Shown: piece by piece, positions 8,302 to 16,831 of the stretch
How positions within the stretch are numbered: position 1 is the stretch's first letter
How the letters are laid out: each line of letters opens with the position of its first letter
Origin: Candidatus Nanoarchaeia archaeon
GTDB lineage: Archaea > Nanobdellota > Nanobdellia > Pacearchaeales > GW2011-AR1
Direction: 5' to 3'
Assembly (NCBI GenBank): GCA_035291345.1
Contig: DATDSF010000038.1
Span: forward strand, 23,845 to 87,844
DNA length: 64,000 nucleotides
Translations under genes and position numbers: made by a program
The notes under the pieces: model-generated
What the model saw: the letters and a program-made list of their open reading frames with translations, nothing else
What the model was told of the DNA's origin: nothing
Database searches by the model: none

Positions 8302-8886
8302 TTAAGATGTTGCAATTTTATTAGAAAAAGTTTTCTTGTAAAAATCAATGTCAGGAGTAAATAAAAGTTTATTTGACTTCTCTGGTGATTTAAGTGCGTT
8401 CAATGTTTTAACGCTTGAGAATTGTTTTAACATTCCAAATTGAGCAATCTTAGAAATATAAGTTTGACGTTGCTCAGCTGGGAGGGAATCAACATTTACT
8501 GATGTTAACTTTCTTATTGACCTAGATGCAGTCTTAGATATCCTCCTGCGTTCTCCATCTGTTAAATCTGATATCTCTGAAGGATTTAAGCACTTAATAC
8601 AATCTTGCTTATATAATCGTTTCCATACTAGTCCATTGTTTCTAAGTACATAAGAAATAGCAGACAATAAGAATTGATATCCACTTCTGCTAGGTCTAGT
8701 ATCTTTGTTGATTAAGATCATCATCTCTGCATCTGAAATAATGTCTCCTACTTGTTTTGAAGACAATAATGTAATCAACTGAGCAGTAAATACTGATTTA
8801 TGTGGAAAATGTCTAATTTCTTGTGTTTCCATATCATAACTCAACTTCTTTATATGATTTAACAAGAAAACGTCCATATTCTCCAC
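8302..8886 (-). CDS. hypothetical protein (194 aa)
   Basis: ORF. Two terminator-like hairpins downstream. Confidence 0.4.
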   Translation of the reverse strand: MENMDVFLLNHIKKLSYDMETQEIRHFPHKSVFTAQLITLLSSKQVGDIISDAEMMILINKDTRPSRSGYQFLLSAISYVLRNNGLVWKRLYKQDCIKCLNPSEISDLTDGERRRISKTASRSIRKLTSVNVDSLPAEQRQTYISKIAQFGMLKQFSSVKTLNALKSPEKSNKLLFTPDIDFYKKTFSNKIATS

Positions 8887-9421
8887 CTTTTCTTGGACGC
8901 ATAGCCAACAATCCTACAAATTTACCGGCTTTATCAAGATATTCAATAACCTTTTCAGACCTATCAATCAAAATAGGATCAATAATTATGATTCTTGCTT
9001 TTCCAGTCCATTCTGTAATAACTGGAAATTTCTTCCATACCCTTGAACTTCCGCCCTTTTTACCATCAGAAGGTACAAACATTGGTAGATAACTTACTGC
9101 ACTTTCATCAATACCCAATTGGATATTTTCAGGAATTGATATGCCAGCTTCAAAATGTTTTGTGTAAGTTGCTTTGCCTTTACCAGGAACTGATTCTGAT
9201 AAAAATCTTGCACATTCAACTAAAGTGTTACTAAGTGCTCTACCAGGAATGTAAACTTCTTTAGTTGTTGGATCAAAATGAAGTCTTTCTTTCCAAGTCT
9301 TGTCTTCAAATTTTTCATGAGCATCTCCAGCTTCTTTTTTGGAGATAATAGGCTTATTATACAAAATTGGACTTGCGCTTGTTAATTCAACTTCAAAGCA
9401 TTTGATTGTTTCTTTTTTCAT
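8834..9421 (-). CDS. hypothetical protein
   Basis: ORF. Start placed at the internal Met (MKKETIK) with an AAAAAGGG ribosome-binding site. The longer ORF would overlap the conserved promoter motif at 9439-9459. Confidence 0.4.
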   Translation of the reverse strand: MKKETIKCFEVELTSASPILYNKPIISKKEAGDAHEKFEDKTWKERLHFDPTTKEVYIPGRALSNTLVECARFLSESVPGKGKATYTKHFEAGISIPENIQLGIDESAVSYLPMFVPSDGKKGGSSRVWKKFPVITEWTGKARIIIIDPILIDRSEKVIEYLDKAGKFVGLLAMRPRKGGEYGRFLVKSYKEVEL

Positions 9422-9438
9422 CTTTATACCCTTTTTAA

Positions 9439-9459
9439 TTGTTTTTAATTGATAAAAAC
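9439..9459 (-). promoter_or_regulatory. conserved promoter-like motif
   Basis: CCTTATATTTGTTTTTATCAA upstream of 8834..9421. Confidence 0.4.
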
Positions 9460-9553
9460 AAATATAAGGCTTCACTCATATTAAACCTCATAAATTTAAT
9501 ATGGCGAAGCCTTTGGATTAAGAAGGAAAAGAGTGCTTTCTCAAAAAACCTTC

Positions 9554-10204
9554 TTAAATAAGAGTAGTACTGTATTTTAATATGTAAAACTCTTCAAGTC
9601 TTTTATCTTTAAGAACAGTCTCAAGTTCACTTGCATTTTCCCCTACTTCAACTTCATCGACCTCCCCATCAAGAATAATTTGAAATGTCTCATGAGTAGG
9701 AAAAGATAAAGAGCTTACTGCATAAACATCTGCAATAATTGTATTTAATAAAGCCAAAGAGATTTCAGTAATAGTTTCATTGATTGAATATACTGAGTCA
9801 CAGCCCCAAAAACTAAGGCCCGTCAATACATCTGAGTCTACTGAAAAATTCCATAAAATCTTTGCATGTTCTTTGTTTAGCATTTTTAATCTTCTTAGAA
9901 GATCTGAAAGCATCAAATGATAAAAATAGATTAATTGTGTTTTAACCCAGTAACGTCCAAAACTGTTAAGAGGTGGTAAATACCAACTGATTTTAGACTT
10001 AATAAATTCTTTTAGAAACATTTTCTGAAAGACCTGAATATAATTTAAAGCTATTATTTCAGAGTAATTTCCTTTTGCTCTTTGAAGCTCAGCTTCAAAT
10101 TCTTTACAGCGTTCAACAAAGAATGGGAAGTTTAATACAGCTTGTTCAATGTCGGTTCTTGTTATAGGTTGTTTCAACCTATCTGTCAAGTATAACCTTT
10201 CCAT
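9554..10204 (-). CDS. hypothetical protein (216 aa)
   Basis: ORF. Confidence 0.4.
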   Translation of the reverse strand: MERLYLTDRLKQPITRTDIEQAVLNFPFFVERCKEFEAELQRAKGNYSEIIALNYIQVFQKMFLKEFIKSKISWYLPPLNSFGRYWVKTQLIYFYHLMLSDLLRRLKMLNKEHAKILWNFSVDSDVLTGLSFWGCDSVYSINETITEISLALLNTIIADVYAVSSLSFPTHETFQIILDGEVDEVEVGENASELETVLKDKRLEEFYILKYSTTLI

Positions 10205-10251
10205 TTAGTACCTCTATTTTAGTTATTTATTTACCCTGTTTTTCAAGGAGT

Positions 10252-10638
10252 TTAAAATCTATTCCTTTCATGATAAAACTTTGATTTTACCCAATGTTTT
10301 CTTTTCCTTTTCTCAATAAAAACTTCTTTTGGGATTTCAAATAGTGCATTACTAAGCTTGAAAATCTCAGGTACTAGTCTTTCAGGTGTCTTAATTATTA
10401 TCTCGAACAATTCAATGTTTCTTAATTTACTATTAATTGACACCATATGAGATATTAATTGAGCTTCTATTTCACCAAAATCAACTCCGATTATAGCAAT
10501 TTTATTATGACTCATCAGGTTTAACTCTAAAATTTTCAGGATATGAAATAATATCAAATAGTGACACTGAAATTCTATCTGCCCATCTCTCTTTGCTAAA
10601 TTTACCTGCTTTTGATTGTAGATCTTTTCCCTCTTCAA
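10252..10638 (-). CDS. hypothetical protein (128 aa)
   Basis: ORF. Overlaps 10505..10738 in another frame, so at most one of the two extents is fully correct. Confidence 0.3.
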   Translation of the reverse strand: MKREKIYNQKQVNLAKRDGQIEFQCHYLILFHILKILELNLMSHNKIAIIGVDFGEIEAQLISHMVSINSKLRNIELFEIIIKTPERLVPEIFKLSNALFEIPKEVFIEKRKRKHWVKSKFYHERNRF

Positions 10639-10746
10639 TAGCTTTTAAAAGTCTTGACACATTTAATAATGATATAGACTTTCCTCCTTTGAGAGTTATT
10701 CTCTCTATTTCACTACTGCTATATATAAGTTGTGTCATTTAAAACC

Positions 10747-11034
10747 TCAAATAAATGCTATATCTTTGCATTGAACTGTAATATCTATTTTATGGGTAAA
10801 AGACCAAACAAGAACAGATTTATTACTAAATCTATCATCAATAATGACAGGATTACAAATTGTTATACTACCTTTAGGTAATATATTGCCCATTTTGGTT
10901 TTTATTCTTTTTTTCACTTGGATTAAAACATAATTATCAAAATGTCCTTTATATTGAGGATAAGTCATTACTTGCTCGTAAGCATTCTGTCTTAATTTTA
11001 AAACTATTAGAGCATCAGCCATTTTAGACCTCAA
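10747..11034 (-). CDS. hypothetical protein (95 aa)
   Basis: ORF. Confidence 0.35.
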   Translation of the reverse strand: MRSKMADALIVLKLRQNAYEQVMTYPQYKGHFDNYVLIQVKKRIKTKMGNILPKGSITICNPVIIDDRFSNKSVLVWSFTHKIDITVQCKDIAFI

Positions 11035-11036
11035 GA

Positions 11037-11252
11037 TTATTTTTCTTTTTTCATAATGAAAGAATCACAATATGTCTGTTTGTGTTTATTAGTACTTTTT
11101 AAATTAAAGCATTCTCTATACACATAACATGAATTAATAGATTTCCTATAAACAATCTCTAAAGTTTTGTTATCACTACCAAAACCTATTGAAATTAGAA
11201 CCTTTGCATTGATTAATTTTTCATTAGTTACAATCTGTATTTTATTAGCCAT
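11037..11252 (-). CDS. hypothetical protein (71 aa)
   Basis: ORF. Confidence 0.3.
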   Translation of the reverse strand: MANKIQIVTNEKLINAKVLISIGFGSDNKTLEIVYRKSINSCYVYRECFNLKSTNKHKQTYCDSFIMKKEK

Positions 11253-11269
11253 GTAAATCCTTTTTATTT

Positions 11270-11343
11270 GCGGAGGCGTTAGGACTCGAACCTAAATCCC
11301 ATATCATTTCTGATACGATAATTACCATTATTACAACATCTCC
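11270..11343 (-). tRNA. tRNA-like element (possible tRNA gene or pseudo-tRNA); anticodon undetermined
   Basis: The reverse complement reads GGAGATG-TT-GTAA-TAATGGTAA-TTAT-C-GTATC-AGAAAT-GATAT-GGGAT-TTAGG-TTCGAGT-CCTAA-CGCCTCC-G. It has a canonical T-arm (GGTTCGAGTCC), a 7-bp acceptor stem with one mismatch, and a D-arm containing GG. The anticodon arm as read has only a 6-nt loop, which is aberrant. Confidence 0.4.
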
Positions 11344-11386
11344 GTAATCAAAGTACGTTTTTAATTCCTTTGATTGCTAGCCTATT

Positions 11387-12334
11387 TTATTGATTAGGAC
11401 CTAACAATGAGCCTGTTTGTACGGGTATTGGCCCATAATGATTTGCTGGGACATATCTTCCATCCCATCTTTTAATTTCTTCATATTTATTTTGTAGCCG
11501 GATTTTTTCCAATTCATATTGCATAAATGAAGCAGTCAATATGTAGTACTTTTGTAGGCCTTCTCCTTCTTTGAACTTAGCCTTAGCATTGATTTCTGCC
11601 GCAGCGAGATTTCCTTCCGCAATTAATACTTTCGCTGTCTTTTGAGCCTCTGCCTGTTTTACTTGCTTTTGAGCTTCTTGTTCTGCAATCAATAATTCTT
11701 GTTGTTTTACTTTCACTTGTTGAGCTTCAGCCATAGTTCGTTCAATTTGCTTCTCAAATTGTTCTGACCAGTCGTAGTTAATGATTTTGAAATTATCTAC
11801 CAAGACAGGATAGATTTTTAATTCCTGCTTTATAAGAGCTTCGACTTGACCAGCAATCATTTGCTGATTAGCTGCGACATCAAATATAGTATATTTACCA
11901 ATAACTTGCTTAAATGCGGATTGAAGAGTTCGATAAACAATGCTCTTCATCTTGTCAACGCCCACTTTTTGCCACAGATAATGCAGTTTGTATTCATTGT
12001 TAGATATAAATAGTTTAGTACTCGCACCGACTGTTTGGTTATCTTTTGTAATAGCGCCTTCCGGACCTACAAGAACATCAACTTCTATTTCTTCAGGCCG
12101 CACAGACAAAACTTCAACCGATTGAAAGAATGGCATAGTAAATTGAACGCCAGGATTAAGTGTACTTTGTTCAAGTTTACCCATGTTAAAACGCAAACCT
12201 CGAGAACCTTCTGGTATGATTGTAATAACCATCCAGAGAACGATTAAGATACCAAAGATACCTAAACCGATTTTCAATCCTTTGCTTGATTTCAAAGTAT
12301 TGAGTAATTGTTGCATTGGTGATTCGTAAGCCAT
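11387..12334 (-). CDS. SPFH/band-7 (prohibitin/HflK-like) domain membrane protein
   Basis: N-terminal TM helix followed by a region typical of stomatin/prohibitin, then a Gln/Ala/Lys-rich coiled-coil (QQVKVKQQELLIAEQEAQKQVKQAEAQK). AAAGGAG ribosome-binding site. Confidence 0.55.
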   Translation of the reverse strand: MAYESPMQQLLNTLKSSKGLKIGLGIFGILIVLWMVITIIPEGSRGLRFNMGKLEQSTLNPGVQFTMPFFQSVEVLSVRPEEIEVDVLVGPEGAITKDNQTVGASTKLFISNNEYKLHYLWQKVGVDKMKSIVYRTLQSAFKQVIGKYTIFDVAANQQMIAGQVEALIKQELKIYPVLVDNFKIINYDWSEQFEKQIERTMAEAQQVKVKQQELLIAEQEAQKQVKQAEAQKTAKVLIAEGNLAAAEINAKAKFKEGEGLQKYYILTASFMQYELEKIRLQNKYEEIKRWDGRYVPANHYGPIPVQTGSLLGPNQ

Positions 12335-12365
12335 TATAGCTCCTTTTATTGTTTGAATTAATTTA

Positions 12366-12384
12366 TTGACAAAACAAATATATC
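12366..12384 (-). promoter_or_regulatory. conserved promoter-like motif
   Basis: GATATATTTGTTTTGTCAA upstream of the SPFH gene. A second, weaker copy lies at 12487-12506. Confidence 0.45.
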
Positions 12385-12516
12385 TCTTCTAATAAAAATG
12401 CCTCTTAAGTTTTAAATGCTTCCAATTGTGGGGGGTCAATTGGACATATTAAAGACAAAAGAGGCAAACTTTATTTAATCAAAAAAGTACAAAACAAAAA
12501 TAATACATCAGTGATT

Positions 12517-13422
12517 CTATTTTTTATTTAATTTACTGAAAGGTGAGGAAATGCCTAGTAATTTCAACTTAGATTCAAACTCATCTAATTCTCTTGAAAC
12601 CTTAATATAAGAATTATCAACATACGACAACCAACCAAATTCTGTGGCCAATTCAAAAATATCTTTTGGAGTATATTTCTCAGCAATGATCATTTGTATT
12701 AAGTTATAGTCTTTCTGGAAAAGTTTTAAAGAATATAACTCATACTCTTCAAATGCAGACCATGATATTGGGAACTCTTCTTTAACAAATTCTGCAATAG
12801 CCAAAGCATACTGATGGATCTCATATTGTGCATGCGAGTCCAATCGAAGTCTTAAAAAGTTAAATAAGTTATGCAAATCAATCTTCCAATAAGCTTCTGT
12901 ATAAGTTGATAATGGAAGATCTTTTCTTGCTTGTTCTTTTGCAACTCCAGCTTCAATTCGTTCATTATATATTCTTGTAGCGATAGCTTGAAAATTTTTC
13001 TCATCTTTTGAAAGATTATGGGCTAATATAGGGTTTATATCTTCAAGTTTTCCAGCAGAACCTTGTTTATTGTCTTGAGCTTGTACTCTCCACTGATTTT
13101 GTGCAGTTTCTTGTTTCTCATCAATTGCTAATGAATATCTGGTTGAATATTCATTTACATTTGCAGTTCTATGTCTAATCCATTGACGCCAACAATCCAT
13201 AGGAACTTTAACATGAAATTTCATTTCAACCATTTCAAATGGTGATGTGTGCCCATGTCTATAAAGATATTTTATTAAACCTTTGTCTTCAGAGACTTTT
13301 TTAGTACCAGCACCATATGAAACTCTTGCTGCTTGAACAATTGAGTCATCAGAGCCCATTACATCAACAAGGCGTACAAATCCCTTATCTAAAACATTAA
13401 TTTTTCTACTCCACTGTTCCAT
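12517..13422 (-). CDS. thyX: FAD-dependent thymidylate synthase ThyX
   Basis: ThyX signature RHRTANVNEYSTRYS (RHR-x7-S). Length about 300 aa, as expected for ThyX. Confidence 0.8.
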   Translation of the reverse strand: MEQWSRKINVLDKGFVRLVDVMGSDDSIVQAARVSYGAGTKKVSEDKGLIKYLYRHGHTSPFEMVEMKFHVKVPMDCWRQWIRHRTANVNEYSTRYSLAIDEKQETAQNQWRVQAQDNKQGSAGKLEDINPILAHNLSKDEKNFQAIATRIYNERIEAGVAKEQARKDLPLSTYTEAYWKIDLHNLFNFLRLRLDSHAQYEIHQYALAIAEFVKEEFPISWSAFEEYELYSLKLFQKDYNLIQMIIAEKYTPKDIFELATEFGWLSYVDNSYIKVSRELDEFESKLKLLGISSPFSKLNKK

Positions 13423-13703
13423 TATTTTTTTCCTTTAAATATTAATATGGTATTATCGATGATTAACAATAAACCCCAGAGGATAAACATAGAACCAAAA
13501 GAATAAGCAATAATATCAGTAGGCCATTCACTGACAGGTTTTAAACTAAATAAGTTTATTACTATCTGTAAGCCAATTGAAAAAATAAATACACCAAGAG
13601 AAATGAGAAATATACCTGACATAATTGATGATTTCACTATTACCTCTTTTAATAATAAAAAATAATGGCCGGTATTGCTACCAGCCATAAATGAATAATG
13701 CAA
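13422..13703 (-). CDS. small integral membrane protein (93 aa)
   Basis: Two or three hydrophobic helices. Confidence 0.4.
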   Translation of the reverse strand: MHYSFMAGSNTGHYFLLLKEVIVKSSIMSGIFLISLGVFIFSIGLQIVINLFSLKPVSEWPTDIIAYSFGSMFILWGLLLIIDNTILIFKGKK

Positions 13704-13808
13704 AAAGAATCACGTGTTTGTCTTGGAGTCCGTTATGTAAGCGGTTTTAAAGACGTTTAGAGTGACACTACGTGTTCATCACTTTTGACCAATTCGAATT
13801 GGTCAAAC

Positions 13809-14576
13809 TTAAAATATATTACGATCTATCATATATGATCTATAAGCATGTAAACTATTAATAAGAACAATAAGTTTACCGGGTTCAATTGGCACTCCAT
13901 CAACTAGTTGATCATTAATTCTTTTAGTTACCCAATCATTTAATTTTCCAGCAAGGTACATGTCATTGATAAAATGCGTGTAAAAATCACAACTCCTCAT
14001 GTGATAAAACATAATCAATTTATTATCACGAATCAACCAAGAATAATCTAAAGAACAAGAAACCCGTCCAGTTTGTTCATTCATGTCTTGGTCAAGATCA
14101 CTTGAATAGATATTTAATACTTGACGTCTTGAATTCCTATCTAATACAAGTTGATTAATAATACGAAGCAGAAGATTATTACGGAAGAAGCGCTCATTGT
14201 AAGTATATTCAAAACGACCATTAACCATAATTGGTTCCCAAACATACCGACGTAATTTCCAAGCTTCACCAGGATTGGGACTAATAGCTGATTCATCTAC
14301 TCTTTCAAGAAACTCAACATTGGCCCATGCAAGAACGTTATCTGGTTGTTCTATTGAATCTTTATAGATAAAAGCATAAGCCTTTTTAACTTCAGCTAAT
14401 GGGTCTAGTATTGAGAATGTTTCTCCTTGAATTTCTTTAGTAGTATACTTCTCAACAAGTTCAGGTGTGTCAAGTTTTTTGTTCTGAAATGACTTAAGTC
14501 TAACCTCTTGACCCATTTCGAATAAGTTTCTTTGTGTTTCTTTCACTGTCTCGTAAAGATTTTTGTAAATCCTCAT
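13809..14576 (-). CDS. thymidylate synthase ThyA-fold protein (TS or deoxypyrimidylate hydroxymethylase family)
   Basis: RRQVLNIYSSDLD aligns to ThyA RRIIVSAWNPxDL. GRVSCSLDY...FYHMRSCDFYTHFINDMYLA aligns to ThyA PCHAFFQFY...[21 protein letters not shown]. LHAY near the C-terminus aligns to ThyA DAHIY. Strong AAAGGAG ribosome-binding site. Confidence 0.65.
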   Translation of the reverse strand: MRIYKNLYETVKETQRNLFEMGQEVRLKSFQNKKLDTPELVEKYTTKEIQGETFSILDPLAEVKKAYAFIYKDSIEQPDNVLAWANVEFLERVDESAISPNPGEAWKLRRYVWEPIMVNGRFEYTYNERFFRNNLLLRIINQLVLDRNSRRQVLNIYSSDLDQDMNEQTGRVSCSLDYSWLIRDNKLIMFYHMRSCDFYTHFINDMYLAGKLNDWVTKRINDQLVDGVPIEPGKLIVLINSLHAYRSYMIDRNIF

Positions 14577-14799
14577 ATTCTTCTCCTTTAACTATGAAGT
14601 CTTTAGTATTTATATAACGATTAAATTCAACAATTTCACCTTCAGCTAAGTCTCTTATAGCAAAACCATTTATATCTTGTATGCCAAAATTTCTAAATAC
14701 ATTAATAGATTTTGATTTTTCTTTAAAAGAGATGGGCTCACCTTTTTTAATTTTGACTAGACATTTACATTTAAAAATGTATTTATGTTTATCTCCCAT
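14500..14799 (-). CDS. hypothetical protein (99 aa)
   Basis: ORF with an AGGAA ribosome-binding site. Overlaps the start of 13809..14576 by 77 nt. Confidence 0.3.
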   Translation of the reverse strand: MGDKHKYIFKCKCLVKIKKGEPISFKEKSKSINVFRNFGIQDINGFAIRDLAEGEIVEFNRYINTKDFIVKGEEYEDLQKSLRDSERNTKKLIRNGSRG

Positions 14800-15061
14800 T
14801 TCTAAATTCCTGTATTAGTTCTTTACCTAATTCAAATACCTCCTCAACTTTAAAATCAACTGTATTTAATGATATCCAAACCCCTTTTTTTGTTGGCAGC
14901 CAAGTACCTGTTTCAGAAAGAGTATATAACCTAATATCAAGATAAAACTTATTACTTAATTCCATTATTGTAAGTTTTATCTTGGTACTGTCACTCATTT
15001 CAATTTCTTTACTTTGATGAGCAACACCAGTAAATTCTTTTTTTACTTTGCTATTTGCCAT
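14789..15061 (-). CDS. hypothetical protein (90 aa)
   Basis: ORF. Confidence 0.35.
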   Translation of the reverse strand: MANSKVKKEFTGVAHQSKEIEMSDSTKIKLTIMELSNKFYLDIRLYTLSETGTWLPTKKGVWISLNTVDFKVEEVFELGKELIQEFRNGR

Positions 15062-15348
15062 TTATCATCCAAGAAGATAAAAACTTCAATTGGTATAACT
15101 TGCTTACCAAAAGATTTCCTAGTTAATTTCTTAAAATTTTGAATTGCTCTTCTACGATTTACTGCTCTTGTTGAGAATTCATATCCTTTTACATCACATT
15201 TATAAAGATTTAAATTCTCTTGAAGAGATATAACCTTTTGTTTACCATCAATCTCAACTTGTACACTTCCTTCTAAATCTAAATTAAATTCAGTTACAAT
15301 ACTCTTTACATCTAGCTTTGATAATGAATGCTTAAATTTATCTTTCAT
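15043..15348 (-). CDS. hypothetical protein (101 aa)
   Basis: ORF. Confidence 0.35.
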   Translation of the reverse strand: MKDKFKHSLSKLDVKSIVTEFNLDLEGSVQVEIDGKQKVISLQENLNLYKCDVKGYEFSTRAVNRRRAIQNFKKLTRKSFGKQVIPIEVFIFLDDKWQIAK

Positions 15349-15354
15349 AAACCA

Positions 15355-15378
15355 GGAAAGGGACCTGAGTCCCTTTCA
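15355..15378 (-). terminator. intergenic hairpin (terminator or attenuator)
   Basis: GAAAGGGAC-ctga-GTCCCTTTC, a 9-bp stem immediately after the stop of 15379..15798. Weak U-run (TGGTTT). Confidence 0.4.
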
Positions 15379-15798
15379 TTAATTTGCTACAACTTCTGTA
15401 GGGATAATAAGAGAAATTGCTTTTGCATTTTCAACAATCTCATCTTTAAATGAGCCACCAGATGTTTCAATTTTTCTCTTGCATTGACGAAGTTTTTCTC
15501 TACCTGAACTTGTATGGGGAAGAGAAAAGGTATCAAGTAGATCTTTAATTTTGTGGGGCTTTCCATCAGAAACAATTTCAAAGAATTTTTCAAAGATTGA
15601 ATCGCCTTTTGAAGCTTTCTGCGTCTTTAAATCAGCAGGAGCAGTTTCAACTTGTTTCAATGATTTAACAGCTGATTTTGTTTGTTCAACTGGAACAACA
15701 GTCTCTGTTTTTTCAATTTGCGTAGATTCAACTGGAGCATCAGCCTTTTGTTTAACTGTTTCTCCATTGCTTAACCTTAAACCTGATAATTTTGCCAT
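15379..15798 (-). CDS. abundant-protein candidate, MAKL-family paralog (139 aa)
   Basis: Its N-terminus MAKLSGL is shared with 16385..16831 (MAKLAGL). Promoter motif 45-65 nt upstream. Low-complexity Lys/Thr/Ala-rich N-terminal half. Confidence 0.5.
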   Translation of the reverse strand: MAKLSGLRLSNGETVKQKADAPVESTQIEKTETVVPVEQTKSAVKSLKQVETAPADLKTQKASKGDSIFEKFFEIVSDGKPHKIKDLLDTFSLPHTSSGREKLRQCKRKIETSGGSFKDEIVENAKAISLIIPTEVVAN

Positions 15799-15841
15799 TT
15801 TTAATTAGGCCTCCCGACCTTGTTTTGTTAATAAAATAAAA

Positions 15842-15862
15842 TTGACAAAACAAATATAATGC
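15842..15862 (-). promoter_or_regulatory. conserved promoter-like motif
   Basis: GCATTATATTTGTTTTGTCAA upstream of 15379..15798. Confidence 0.5.
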
Positions 15863-15868
15863 TTCTTG

Positions 15869-16279
15869 TCAGCGATCTTTTAAAGCCCTTTCTAATTCTA
15901 GTATATGGCGTTTAATGTCATCAACAGATTTTAATTCAAATTCATCCAACTCAATTCCAGGTTCAAAAAAAGATTCCACTTCTAATTCATATTTATAGAA
16001 TAAAATTTCTTTTTTTGTAAGATCAGTTTCTTCTTCCCATTTCTTTTCAAGTTCTCTTAATGCTGCATCAAGCTTTTTTAAGTGAGGATTATTTTGCTTC
16101 CATATGATATCAATTTGTTCTAGCTTTTGCGAACCCAATGAAGTCTGGAATACTTTATTATTTAATCTTTTCCCCTCAATTACTTTATATCTTGAACCAT
16201 CAACATTTTTAGATTTATTAAACAATTCTTGTAAAAATTTTGGACGTCCAGCAATATCATTTGTTGTATCTATTCCCAT
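15869..16279 (-). CDS. hypothetical protein (136 aa)
   Basis: ORF. Confidence 0.4.
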   Translation of the reverse strand: MGIDTTNDIAGRPKFLQELFNKSKNVDGSRYKVIEGKRLNNKVFQTSLGSQKLEQIDIIWKQNNPHLKKLDAALRELEKKWEEETDLTKKEILFYKYELEVESFFEPGIELDEFELKSVDDIKRHILELERALKDR

Positions 16280-16384
16280 ATCTTCCTCAAATGATTAATT
16301 GTTCCCTAATACGACATAAGCCCATTCAATACTTTCTCTGTTATGAGTATTTCTTGAATGGGCTTAAATCATGACATGGGATAT

Positions 16385-16831
16385 TTATGCAACCGGTAAT
16401 TTGTAGACTTTTTTGTTTGAACCTTGAGTCTGAGTCTTTGTGCAATGAAGCTGATCTCTCAACATTCCGCGAACTTTTCGATCAAATTTTTCTGCTTTCA
16501 ATTGTTCAATTGGCGTTGAGCTAATTGATTTCAAAATTTCTTCAGTTCCGAGACCGTCAGGATTTTTTGTAAGAACGTCCTTCAATGCATTTAACAATGC
16601 TTCGTCTGCTGCTGCTTGTTCCGGAGATTTTGTACGAGGTTTAAGATTTGCAAGTCGCATTGCCTTGAGTTCTTCTTCAGTTTTCTTCGGCTTGTCTTCT
16701 TTAACCTTTTTTTCTTTCTTTGGTTTTGTTTCTACTGCGGCTGCTGCTGCATCTTGTGAGGCAACTTGACCAGCTGCTGCATCCGTTGCAACTGCAGCGT
16801 CTTTTGCTTTTAATCCTGCTAATTTTGCCAT
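16385..16831 (-). CDS. Ala/Lys-rich histone-H1-like low-complexity protein, MAKL-family paralog (148 aa)
   Basis: MAKLAGLKAKDAAVATDAAAGQ...KPKKEKKVKEDKPKK. Locally GC-rich codons (gctgctgctgc). Its 26-bp translation-initiation region is identical to that of 21033..21290. Confidence 0.5.
   Translation of the reverse strand: MAKLAGLKAKDAAVATDAAAGQVASQDAAAAAVETKPKKEKKVKEDKPKKTEEELKAMRLANLKPRTKSPEQAAADEALLNALKDVLTKNPDGLGTEEILKSISSTPIEQLKAEKFDRKVRGMLRDQLHCTKTQTQGSNKKVYKLPVA

Noticed and set aside
10505-10738. ORF 10505-10738 overlapping 10252-10638 by 134 nt.
   Set aside because: The sequence alone cannot decide which extent is real, and both calls are weak. I reported the longer ORF only, at low confidence.
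15387-15593. Minus-strand ORF 15387-15593 nested in 15379-15798 in another frame.
   Set aside because: It is fully contained in the longer ORF, which has the conserved promoter, the MAKL start and paralog support.
15842-15862. Read on the opposite strand, the conserved motif is TTGACA-aaacaaa-TATAAT, identical to the sigma-70 -35 and -10 consensus hexamers.
   Set aside because: The spacer is only 7 nt, whereas sigma-70 needs 16-18. In every copy this reading points away from the adjacent downstream gene, on both strands. The gene-sense reading ATTATATTTGTTTTGTCAAT is the consistent one.
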